Positions 40,951-53,248 of a DNA stretch of 64,000 nt are shown piece after piece. Under the pieces are notes generated by a model that was given only the letters and a program-made list of their open reading frames with translations, ran no database searches and was not told the origin of the DNA. This DNA comes from Balanoglossus misakiensis (taxonomy: Eukaryota; Animalia; Hemichordata): contig CM082587.2 of the NCBI GenBank assembly GCA_040954595.2, positions 3,170,275 through 3,234,274 of the forward strand. The letters are read 5' to 3'. A program made the translations under genes and the position numbers. Position 1 is the stretch's first letter; each line of letters opens with the position of its first letter.

Positions 40951-43164
40951 ATTGTTACCAGACTATGAAAAATGTTTCATAAAAAATCTCCCCATGACAC
41001 GACCCATCATGTGATGGAGAAATCAAGACAATCGACAGATCTCTAATCTCCAGGTCCAATCTGAAGGTCAAGTTAAAGGTTCCATTACCACACACAAAAA
41101 AACGTCAGTACAAATCAATACTCATATCCATCAAACCAAACCCATTTTAATTAGCTCATATATTGGTACACATGGGGACTAATTTAATAGGGGGTTCGGG
41201 CTGGTTTATGAAAAGTAGCAGATTATTTGGATGATTTTAAAAATTAAAAACAATGTTGAGTCACGTGACAAGAATCAAATTATCAAAACCTGTTTTGCAT
41301 TGTTAGAGTGAGTGCAAAGTATCCATTAATGTTCGAAAATTCTAAAAAGAACTGTATATTTTGTATTCTCTCTGCAACCCCGCGCATTTGTTGTTGGCTG
41401 TTGGTTTAAGCCTCTTGGTACTCACACAGCGACTTAGTTAGGGACTCTGGGCCGATCTAACAAACCAGTGTGAATGAAAGCAGATGCCACAGTAAAACAA
41501 AATATTGTGGAGGTCAACGCCATTTTGGACGCTAAGACCCTGTCTAGACCTTGTAACATTAATGGCCGCATTGCCGATGCCACTGCATTGCACAATGTAG
41601 CATAAGCATTGCATGTATCTCGTCAATGACATTCAGACATGATAAAAGAGATCAAGAGTTTGTTTCAGACAAGGAAGACAATTGCATTGTCTCGCCCAGT
41701 GACATTCGATGTGCAATTAGTACATTACATACGGGTACATTCGTTAGTAGTGGCTCGCTTTTAGCTGAGCACTTTATGTAGGTCAGGGGGAGCGAAGTAT
41801 GTTTTTCTTCAGTACCTGATAAAAGCAATTCATGCTGTTTGTCTGAATAGAATTACTAAACATGAGAATAGTGATACATGTGACAAGAACAATTGTCGCC
41901 GCGCCCATCGTCGAGTGTCTTCATATTAATCATTTTAAGTGTCACAACGTCAAAAACTGGCTATAATGTTAAGGGAGACTTTACAAATTATACAATCTCT
42001 GCGATATTTGCCTCATAAGCCCCCCGGTCAACGTGACACAGAAACTAGATACACATGTTATTAATGAGCCATTTATGACACTGTTTTAATACGAAGAAAA
42101 TTTAATATCTCAGTGCGTGATAGATCTAAGGCTCATTTTAAAGATGTTTAAATTGCATCTTTAAAAAAACACAACAAAAATTATCTAGGTTACCCATTGA
42201 CTAATCACTTCGGAGATGATGCTGATATTGATTGTCAAAAGGCCCCATTTAACGCTTCAGCAAACGTGCTTCTTAGAATTTTTTCTTTATGGTCGTTTGA
42301 CGTCGTGTTGGCTGAAAGCTTATTATTACCAAGTTGCAGGGGGCAACTCGTGTGTCAGATATCTACTGCTGGCTGCCTGAGTCTCTTACAACAATGCTGC
42401 CTGTATAATTCTACAATACCCGCGTCAGTAAATCTAGTTCCCCTTTTTGGCACAAACAGTCTGCATAATTTTAAATTTGTGAGCACAAAATGGAGGCTAT
42501 GCTACCCAAGTGTCAATCAAACCAGCTGGACACAAATGATGCATGTTCATAAATGAAATAGAACTTAGACTTGCATCAAAAGTTTAATTGTTGCCAATGG
42601 ATCTAACAAACATTGTCTGAAAACTTGAACCTGTCATACGTCATTGCAAAATGGAGACGAGAGTACAGTCCATGTAACTCATTTATAATAATTGTATTAT
42701 TCCGAGCAATTGCCTTCATCAATACCCACTTTACCCGAACTTTCCTTTCATGTCTTAATATACCACAAAGCAGCTAAGGGTGTCAACTTTAATGTATGGG
42801 GACAATTGACGACGCCATTGCCCTTGAAGTATGTCCAGCATTTCTACATGCACCAAGCTATCCTTCAAATTGAGTGGCAAAGTATCATAGTTTCATGAGA
42901 GCCAATGACAACACTCTTCAATTTTGTAATTAGGTCGAAAGAATGTTGGGTTCTCGCAAATCAAACCCGACATACCCCAATTTTAGATTCGAACTGCACT
43001 CATTTTTGTTTTAAAACAAAACAAATGCGGACGGCACTAAACACAGTAATTTACACAAAAACTAGCATGGAGAAAACATTTTTGTAAAATTGCGAGATAT
43101 AATTGTGTCACAATGTCATTACGGTCAAAACTTTACCGTGCGTTATTTAGCCGACCATCTTGCA

Positions 43165-43200
<36 letters not shown>
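43165..43200. repeat. (GAT)12 microsatellite
   Basis: Perfect trinucleotide run. Confidence 0.95.
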
Positions 43201-43201
<1 letters not shown>

Positions 43202-45963
43202 AGGAGACATGGTCAATTGGCATAATGTATCAATTGCATTTTAAAATGTATATGTCCCTTATTTTATTAAAATGTGTTTTTCCCCTCGGTCTGTTTACAA
43301 ACTGACTGTGCGCTGTCAAATCATATGACATGTGAATATGTCAGAATGGTGTCGCTCTCACTGAGATGATTATTATGGCCGACAACACTTGAGCACTCTA
43401 ATTTCGAAGAAAAATTGAATAAGTAGTGGGCGAAGCGACGTGACGTCATGACGATGACGACGGGCAAACGAGAAATCTTTCAGATAAAGCTGTATTGTTG
43501 TTACCACTGTGCTTACTGCCGCACGACTGATGACGTGATCTGTTCGAGGCACACTGGGCTGACTTGTAATAAATGGCAGAGGATCGTCACACCAATAAAT
43601 GAAAGTGCGCACGATTTCCCAAGCCGAATGAAAGTACAGGAAGTAACGCACCGGAAGCAGCGTCATGTGTAAAATTTGAAAACTCAACTTAATTTGTAAA
43701 CATTGACTTTCACCACTTTGGCATATTTGGCATTTTAAAGGTAACACGTCTTTAACCATTTAAAAAAAATTATTTTATGCTTCAAGGCAACTTTAGATTA
43801 TTCTCTCTTAGAATGATTGACAATAAGCTACGGCGGGGGAGGGATGAATTATTTCATCATCAGAGAAGACGGTTTTGGGGTTGTTTTCGCGATTTAATCA
43901 AGAAAACTATAACTTCCGTCGTCAAACCACTTGAGGAATCTTTCCAAAATGGTGCCAGAGGGGCTTTGTGTCGTCGCATTGTTGAGAAAACTGGGCACAC
44001 CCGCAATCCTAAAGACAGGAGATCCGATTATGGCATTACAAATATAAGCTAAAAACATTGCTTGAAGTGTAAGTTTACAACGAGCATGAAACACGTTATA
44101 TTGAACCTTGGTGCATGCCCCACACTGAAATGTTGGCTCGACACCCGCGGTTAACAAATTCATCGCTCTAATGGCGCGGTCTTCCATTGATGGCGGCCGT
44201 GTCTTTTACGGGTAAATTTGGATTTAAACGAATACTGGGCTTTAGTTTGAGGTTCTCAAGGGATCCGTAGGTAAATTTGATCCAACACTGAATAATCCGT
44301 GTACAAAGTACACCTCAGCCTGTACAGTTTCTGCGCAGCGTCATACTTTATCGGTGAAAAACAAACATGCTTTATCATTATTATACGTGCGATATGTTTC
44401 TCGTGCGTATGGTCACGTGCAGTTAAAAAGATTATCCCACATTGTACAATCGGACACTAATTCAAACATCGTCACGGAGACGGCCAAAAAGAGCAAGTTT
44501 TATCTGAGTACAATCTGGTACAAAATCCCTCCCCCCCCCCCTCCCTCTACGACTTCAAATCACACAACCCCAATAAGGTCCAATCAATTTAACTAACCAC
44601 ACTTTAATGTGCTGCAATATCTTGCAATGCAACAGTCAGTTGCCGCGCTGATTTCAGTTGACAGATCTGAGGGTGATTGATCTAGCTGCACTCTACCGCG
44701 CATGCCTGTCGCATACTGATGATGACGCTCTATTCCAATAAGATGACGCGCATGGTTTGCTGCCAACGACGAATAGAGACACAATTAGAAATTGTCAACT
44801 CTGGTTTATTGCGGCGAAAAGGAAACGCGCACACTTCCTAATCGTTCATCAGCCCACTTCAGAAATGCTTAGGCTAGGTAGCCCCGTGTTTAACGCCCAA
44901 ACGTGCGGGTGTCGGTACAATAGAACGGGAATTAGCGTACCAGGAGAACGAGCGGCCGTAGCCAAGCTGTGGAATTCGCGCCAGATGAGTCGCATAGCAC
45001 GGCCGCTGCTCATTAAGGCGAACATTGTGTGCCGTCTTCACGGACCAGTATTGATGCAGATGGCGTGTACAGACAACTTATCGTAAATGTCAATCGGGTT
45101 TGTGACAACGTTCACAGTTGCTAATGTAATCAGCGACACACTATACGTGGTAATTCGATTAAACTCTGCCACCAAACCTGAAATGCTTAATACCGCCTAA
45201 TCGATAGTTACACGCATACACCTGTCGAAGTCAAATTCATTTCTTTCCATTGACGATACAATCGTTCCGGGCGAAAAAAAAACCCACGTCACTATTATAC
45301 ACAAGACATTTCACATCCCGTCATTCGTTTATATACGAGTCGTACAAAATAGTATATTGTAAAAAAAAAGTCGCAATAATGATGACGACAGTGAACTGAT
45401 GAACAGTTGTTTTGAAAAACATATTTCCAGAGATGAAAACGGTTTAAAGGGATCATTTCTTTTCTAATATTATCTTTGGACATTACACGCTCTGTAGGTA
45501 ATTCCACTGACTTTACGTGCGCTGTTTTTGTTATTCTCGTTTCTTCTGGGAAAAATACAAAACCGACAGAATTTGTGTTTGTACTCGTAAATATTCCTGG
45601 GCGTGCTTTTATTGCGAGGCATCGGGATAAATTCATGAGACAGCGTGTTACAGTTCTTATCGAGTTCAGAATAAGGAACGTTCGAGGAAAATATCGACCA
45701 GGTTCATACACAGGTAGATTTCCTATATTTTCGTTTTAATTAACGTTTAATTGTGCGTAGATTCATGAAACTGGTGACAGCGTAGTTAGGAATCGATATG
45801 CAGGAAATCAAGTTGTTTGCAATTCGTTTCCATAGCAACTACGTAAACTTAACAGCCTCCCCCATTGAAATTTTTGCCCCTTTTGGTAATTTCTAATGTT
45901 CGGCAAGCCCGCTGCTTACATTGAATGTGGCGGTTAAAAGGGAGCTGTTGGTCTTCGGACAAT

Positions 45964-45989
45964 GGGGGGGGGGGGGGGGGGGGGGGGGG
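45964..45989. repeat. Poly-G tract (26 nt)
   Basis: Uninterrupted G run. Confidence 0.9.
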
Positions 45990-46779
45990 TTGGGCTAGAT
46001 ACAACTATGAAATTGGCCTTTAGCTTGAAATGAAAGTATTGAAGCAGGCGTGATTTTCTTTAGGTTCGGCGCTAAATTTGAGTATTCAGCGTTTGTTGAG
46101 ATAACTGCGTGTGTGGTGCTATAGGACGCTACACCGTGTGCGATTTTAATTACAATCTTGCAGATATACATGCTACATGAAGAAGCTTCCCTGCATATAT
46201 TCTATTACCGGAGTAGAAACGATAGCTTACAAGCGTCGTTTGTAGATCGCCCGGGAAAAAAATCCTGGCGCCAACGAGCAGAGCATGAAATATTTCGCAA
46301 GGGTCAATGATTGTGACAGAGAAGAAGCACGAGTCAACAATGTAGATTGTAGTACAAGCAGTGATAGCAAAGAATAAAATGTATTTGGCGGCACGAGTTC
46401 AGAGCTAGCTCCCCGCTCCACGGCATGGCGTGCCCGTGGATTTCCTCGTCAAGCGGGTACACATATCCCGTTTTTTTTTCAAGCACAGGGGAGACCATTA
46501 CTGAGGATCTAGTAGTAGAGGTATGCGGATATTGTGAAAAGGGTAACACGGCGGGAGTCAGAGAGACCCTCTGTCACGTGGTTCGATCATTGGTGGACTT
46601 TTACTGGCGGCCCTCGGCGTCGAAGCATGCGGTTTTTTCCTATACAGCTGACTGTGTAGCCCGTGGCCAGTGCGCGACATCAGTTTTAAAATTTCAAAGC
46701 TCGGATCGATGGCCTCCAGGCCGTAATAAAAGAAGCAGAGAGAGACCACTCTTTAGCGAGCAGAAAACTGCGTGGCAGG

Positions 46780-46975
46780 AATGCACTGAGCATGCGCAGA
46801 GTGGCTGTCTGTAGGTGAGGCAAACGTTTATAGGTAGGCAACTTGCCTTCTGTCATCATTTAAGTTGACTACCGCTGGCTCGTGCATCCGTTTCTAATCG
46901 CTGATTGCACCCAAGCAGAGTTGTACCAAAACTCGAAATTTTCTGCTCTCCCTTCAACGTGACTCGGTGGTAAGT
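46780..46975 (+). promoter_or_regulatory. Candidate core promoter and non-coding exon 1 of the neuropeptide gene
   Basis: CpG-rich context. NRF1-like TGAGCATGCGCA near 46787; TATA-like TTTATAG at 46827-46833; Inr-like TCATT at 46856-46860, about 30 nt downstream; consensus donor TG|GTAAGT with GT at 46970. The link to the acceptor at 52039 is inferred, not shown. Confidence 0.38.
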
Positions 46976-49900
46976 CTTTGTAAATATTCTCTTTACTTTC
47001 GCTATCGTTCTCCCCCATCTCTTTTTTTTAAAGGTGAGCGAATAATTTTGTGGCGGTGTTCCGTATTTAAACTTCGAACAGCTTCGGCGCTGTCGACAGA
47101 TGGTGAAGATTAATAGGCAGTGGAAATGCAAAAGAAGCTGTTGCTCGGTAACGTCGTGAAACTTTTGAAACGATTGAAAAAGGAAGCAACCTCAACTGCA
47201 TCGTAAGACAGTCAGAGTTTTTGACGTGTTTATCTTTGAGCGCCAGCATGAGTTATTCACTTCAGCGATAGAGAAAAATCACCGCTGACGACTGCTTCCC
47301 GCTGTAAAGGCACCGACGCCCCGCAACACTTCGAAGATCTATCCGTACCGTAGTCCGATGTTTTGAAAAACATTGTTTAAGCGTAGTATCCGAACGAGAC
47401 GATTCGTTTTGTAAAAAAAAATTCGCGAATTACACAAATTCTACAGATTCCGGGGAAAAAATTAAGCTCTATTCCGCTCGATTTCGCCCTGTTACCGAGT
47501 TTCCAGCAAAATCTCCGGGAAAAACTTTCGGATTGCGAGGAACAAAACCGTGTGGGAGACGGTGCGTGTTCTTGCGTTGAGTTTTTTTTTTTTTTTTGGC
47601 ACACCACAATTCAAACTTCTCCAGAAATGCCAATCTGCGCATAATTATATGATCGAATGCCAAACCGTAGTTACCTAAAGAAGGATTTCAATGCGTCTTT
47701 TAAAAAACCGAGATACCTGTTGTTACGTTTCCCCCCTGCCCATCAGAAGAAGCTCCAGATTCCGATCTCAGAGATGCGAGTTAATCCGGATGAGACAAAC
47801 TCGCATAGCTACGCTAATTAATCAAGATATGAGTGAAAGGCATATACACGTCATGTTTTTATAACATTTCCATTGGACCCACATTATAGCTTTTACGATA
47901 TTGCGCACTTGTCAAAGGATGATTTCGGCCACAATTCAATCGGGTGTGTGTCTCATGTATACCGTTAGATGCATGTTGGAAATGTTTGATACCATTTGGT
48001 AATTTGTGACTCCAAATGTATAGCAACATTACAGGCAATACAAGACTATACAAGACAATAAGTGCTGCGTCTTGTCTCAACTTCGGAAGCGCAAGTACCG
48101 CCTTCATATCCACTTGGAACGACGTTCATTGTTAACCAGACGCCGCTGTGTAATATCCGCGTTTCCAAAGCAACGCGTAGCTAACTTAATCTCGTTTTTT
48201 TCTGTTTATAAGTCATCAGGAAAAGGTTCATCAATGTTTATAACCCTTTACCGCGTTAATTATTTCACGGCCCGTGATGCAGAATACAAATGTTGTTGGC
48301 GTCTCTTTTTGATTCAATTTGTCAGTTTTGTTCTCCTCGAGAGAGTCCCAAGTTTAACAAGAAAATGTCAAAAAAACCTAAACCACTTCAAGGCCGATCA
48401 GTAATATTTTAATGGGCCTGAAGGATTACGATTATTTCAAAGGCTCTCTCAAAATTCAACACATATCACTTGCCAGGCGGAAGTTATTAAGGTCTTGATA
48501 TAAGTACGCACTTGCCAGTCCGTGACGACCAAGGCAACCGGTGACTGTCTTAATTGTGTTCCGCGAAAAGATAAATTTCCTCATCATGGGTTTGTCATAA
48601 ATTATTCCGGGTGTTCACGGGACGACAATCGTCTTCCGCGTCTCATTAAATGCGATTGAAAGAGTACCGACGTTTACTTAAATCGATTTGTGAACACCTT
48701 TCCCGGTCGGTTGCTTACATGTCGAAAAACCTTCTGTTTTTGACTTTGCATAATATTTGCATATTATGCACATCTAACGACCCAGCATGTTTCTGAACAC
48801 CACAAATGATTTATCAAGAGACACCAAAACTTTTCACGGTCTGCTAAATGAAAAGATGAATAAGTACAATGTACTCCCCAACACAAATTAAAGCTGCGCG
48901 TAGTCAGGAGTTATTCTGTACAATAACAGAAGAATGATCTGTCGTTTGCTTTAGTCTGCCGAGTCTATTCCAATCTACTAACATTTTTCATCGCCTTGGG
49001 CAGTAAAAAGATGTAAAGCGCAGTGCAGTTCGCCTGCACGAGACCGTTACATGCAACTCTACTGGATTTTGTTTTCCGTGCTGTACTTTTTTTCCACGCC
49101 AGACGCTCAGTTTTGTCCATGGCCGTTTTCGCTGAATTTGTCTAACCTGCAATTTTTTTTGGTGCCCAGGGACGAATGTCATAATTCTTCAATCGCAGTC
49201 TTTATTCACATAACCTTTATTGAATTAAGCTCACCATTTTACGTGACTTGAATGCTAACGTGGGTTTACCTCCCCGGGAAATGCTGGAAGAGAATTTGAA
49301 ACGCTCGTTTCGTCTATCCGCAAGTTCCGTTCGTTGCGAGAGTTACAATTGCACGGATGATTTAGTCTCGGGAGACTCGTTAATAACGTATCACTTCGTA
49401 TATTTGGGCTGTCCGCTCTTACATCAGCCAGTAATCTTAAAATATGGTCGTTAGAACGACTTCCCAATCAACCGTCCCCATACAGTAACGAAGGACGTAA
49501 GAAAATAGTCTTGATATCACTCATTCAACCGTCGAGATTATCGGAAAGGTTTAACGATCCCGCATCTTTTTAATAAACAATGTGTCTTGATTTTAATTAT
49601 TCATGTCTCTTTTGCGGTGGCGTCGGTAACAGATGGATTTTAAAAGTCAGCGTGCTCGAAAATGACATATGATCGCGATGGGCAATAAAATATCAATGTT
49701 TTTTCAATTAGTAAAACAGATGGTTGTCAATCAAATGCTACAGTGACGTCACACGATAGGTGATTGATATTCTGCACGCATGGCACCTGATCGCACAGCG
49801 CGAAATTTCCGCGCCAAATTTAACAGTAGCAGGGAAAATATGTATATATTGACAAAGCAGGCAGGCAGCAGGTTTTGTTCAAAACAAAGGTAACATGGTC

Positions 49901-52064
49901 GTGACCACTTGTGTGCGTTAAAACCAAAGACATTAATATTTTATATAATTCGTGGGAAAAGATTTACATCCTTAATAAGGCCTGTCTCGACATGATGATG
50001 AGCAATGATGAAATATCAACATACGATATCATTTTTCCGCATCAGTAATTAAGAATTAGATACAGTAATAAATCTTGTAAATTATCTTTCCGTCGTTGAA
50101 CCACCATTTTCTGGATAAAAATTATACCTGCCTCCTTTAATCTGCAAGTGTCATGTTCTTTTGATGAAGTGAACACAGTCCACCCACGACTGTTTCTTGA
50201 CATACTTCTTTACGCAACTTGGTCTGTTTGTTAATACATGTAAACGCCTACGGATTGTTAAAGGAAGGGGAAACAGTTGAAATACCAGGACAAAGACCGT
50301 GAAAATAAAATCATCTGGGCCTACTCGGTGTATGTTAACTGGTGCTATATGAAAGGTTTCCAATCGAACAGCTAGACAAAGCATTTGAAACAAGTTAGCT
50401 ACTCCCGCCTATTCTCGATAGTAAAAAAGTCATTTTTTGTAGCTTGAGTAAATAATATTCCCATTAACTGCAGGCATAGCAAACATTCTGCATTTGTTCT
50501 TTTTTTTCCTCCAAAATAAATTGTCCCTGCACGTTGCTAGACGTATTCGTCGTTGTGGTGAAAATCCTTGGGAAGGTAACCTGGTAACGGAGCAATACTG
50601 GATTATAGATTTAGGACGCCATAAATGGCACGTGCGCCCGTGCCAGAATTAGCCGTACTGTGTCTGATTGCCACCGGATGATACGACTGTTGAAGGGCCC
50701 GGCTAAAGTCGTCATGTTTCAATTTTGAGTCTAATCTATACTTTAAAACGCAGCGGGCTGATACGCCGTCACGACTGCTCACATCATCGATCAATTGCAG
50801 CACGAAGCGCCACTATAACTAGCTCTGAAAACACAAGTGGCCTGTTTAACAGTTTATTGTCGTTTGTGAACAAGAATATCGACATATTGCGGTTGGTAGT
50901 GGTTCTAATGCTCTGTGCATACAGATACTGACTCTCGCCCTCCTGTAAGTCCCAAAGATTGTGTATGTAAATCAACCGGACGTGACAAAGATGTCATCGC
51001 TTTAAAAAAAATTAGTCTGATATCTTTATTCTGCATTATTTATGGGTAGCACACAGCATATATTTACTTAGCAGTCAGTTACCAGTGTAGTTAATACAGT
51101 AAACAAAAAATTGGAAATAAGCTCGTATCTTCATATTTATCCTTTACAGCAATGATGTTTAGCATTATTGTATTCGCATCTCAGTAATCAAAGGTCATAT
51201 AGTGGTTTCTTGACATCTTACTCGAAACCGTGTCTAGCATCGAACAAAGAAACCGTGGTCGACGATTTGCCAACAGCAAAATGGCGACATTCCCCAATTA
51301 TTTATTCTTATTTTGAATTCGTGTATGACTCCTTTCATTGGTAGGCTACTCATGGATGTTAACTTGCCATACTGTGAACACAAATGCACTCTCCCGACTT
51401 TTCTTACACATTTGCCATTATCATTCCACTCTCGTCTGACTTGGATCATAGCTGAGCAGAATCTTTTTTATGACACTGCCTTCCACAGTTAGCCAGTTTA
51501 TGAAGTTTTACTTGTGACTTTGGAGTTAATTGACAAGACAGGCGAATATGCCATATTGTTTGTCAGCTGACTAATTAACCGGGAATCGCCCACGCACGCG
51601 GGCATTGTCGCTCCATCGCACAACGGGTGGGGGCGTTTTCACCTGACAACTTAACCACCCCATATATTGGAAGTGTATAGGATAGTGTGATTTCTCTGCA
51701 CACGAATACTACAAGTTCAGATAATTGACCAAAGTGTACTCGAATGTGTGCACTAACTAGTTCAGTCGGGTTCAGTGAACATGTCAACCATTTCATCCTG
51801 CGAATGTTGTCAATATTTGATGTTTCGAGTGCAATGCGAACCCTGTCCAAATTGGAAGATTATTTGCATTACCCACGCGAACCCTATCAACTGTAACTGA
51901 TATCATCCCATGACAAATGCCTTAATCTTCACTACTTCTTTCATTCTCCTCAACCGTAAAACACTGATCTCTATTCGTGACTAATCACAAACCTCCGGTA
52001 ATTGTTGATAACAAGTATCATTTTTTGTTTACATTCCAGCTTCGTCGAATTTCACTTAAAAAAT

Positions 52065-52391
52065 ATGGAGTCGAAAGTTATGATGCTCGTTGCGATGGTA
52101 ACCCTGGCGTCACTGGTTCTCATGGCGACGGCTCAAGCAGGGTGCAGCGGTCCCAGCTGCTTCAACCCGGGCTGGAAGAAGGACGCTGGTGAATACTACG
52201 AGGACGAATCACGTGACCTGCTCCTGGAAAAGGAAAGGGAACTGGAACTTCGCAAAGCCCTTCTTAATCTATTGATCCCCGATGTCGATTTCCGCGAGAG
52301 AAGAAACCCCATGAAGAGCCGCAACGCGGAAGACAAGAGGAGAGGTCTTGGGAGCCGCATCATCACGTTGAAGAAGAGCGCCGACAACTGA
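52065..52391 (+). CDS. Secreted neuropeptide/peptide-hormone precursor, 108 aa, family unassigned
   Basis: ATG at 52065 lies 25 nt after an acceptor ttttttgtttacattccag| (AG at 52038-52039). Hydrophobic signal peptide MESKVMMLVAMVTLASLVLMATA(QA) is followed directly by GCSGPSCFNPGW-KK, an acidic spacer (DAGEYYEDESRDLLLEKERELELRKALLNLL) and further RR, KRR and KK sites. Codons are visibly GC-rich at third positions against AT-rich flanks, and AATAAA signals follow downstream. Confidence 0.85.
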   Translation: MESKVMMLVAMVTLASLVLMATAQAGCSGPSCFNPGWKKDAGEYYEDESRDLLLEKERELELRKALLNLLIPDVDFRERRNPMKSRNAEDKRRGLGSRIITLKKSADN

Positions 52392-53099
52392 ACAAATTAA
52401 TTTTCCAACGTCATTTAGTGAACTCGAGCTTCGTGCCTATAAATGGAAGAAAGAACACACCCTATGCACCAAGTTTTCCACAGTGATTGAGATCGGCCCC
52501 TTTTCGGAACCAAAAAGAATTCCACACAAACAGAACACACTCAAGAAAACGAAGAATAATATTTCAGTGGACAGAAAGAGACCGGTCTGATTCAGAGGAA
52601 AACTCACAACCGAAGCCTGCTGTTTGTTTCGACATCTGACATCAACGCACACTAAAACGATCACCAACAAAAATGGGAAATTCGATCAGACTCTTAAAAG
52701 TATGCTGTTTGTAATAGTCGTGTAACCGAGCATCCAATCCATGTTTTGTTGCGGCGACAAGAAGAAAAGAACCGAGTTACTCAGAGAGTATCAGAATCCT
52801 ACATTACAGTACAGAATTTTTTCCCCACGTTTGATGTTGCCGACAAAAAAAGTACAAGCCCAAGCGACGGACAAAGATCGTAGATATGCAAGAGCATGCC
52901 TACATATTCTTTTCAACCAACACACCGGTGGTCTTTCGCACGTTCGTCATCCTCGCAAGAAACAAACAAAAAAACACTCTGAATATAGTACTGTGATCAA
53001 GTTGGTGCATAGTGCATAGAATCAAAAATCCCGAAAACAATCACAAAGTGTCAGGATCGTTGTCATTTCGGTTTGCTTTCCACGTGTGTGTGGATGTTT

Positions 53100-53248
53100 A
53101 ATAAATATTTTTTTTGTTAAATATATACTATATTTTCCGGTCAGTAAATAAAATATGTTATGTAAAGAAAAGCATTAGTTAAGCATTATTATTTCTGCAA
53201 TGCCTGTGAAAAAAGAAGCTGACGTCGTATATGTTTCTGATAAATAAA
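53100..53248 (+). terminator. Polyadenylation signal cluster for the neuropeptide transcript
   Basis: AATAAA at 53100-53105, 53147-53152 and 53243-53248 in AT/T-rich context, 0.7-0.85 kb after the stop codon. Confidence 0.55.

Noticed and set aside
44130-44203. Possible tRNA-derived SINE head on the minus strand; also a B-box-like GGTTCAATCC at 11091
   Set aside because: A/B boxes too degenerate, no cloverleaf, and no tail or TSD visible.
52002-52064. N-terminal extension MLITSIIFCLHSSFVEFHLKN of the neuropeptide ORF
   Set aside because: Non-ATG start lying in the intron polypyrimidine tract and 5' UTR; the real start is the ATG at 52065.
52137-52181. Assignment of the peptide to vasotocin, leucokinin, APGWamide or true AKH/GnRH families
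   Set aside because: No neurophysin or CxxxxCPxG-GKR; leucokinin needs FxxWG-amide (here FNPGW); APGWamide and AKH/GnRH peptides need a Gly amide donor before the basic site, which is absent. The resemblance is noted only as a hypothesis.
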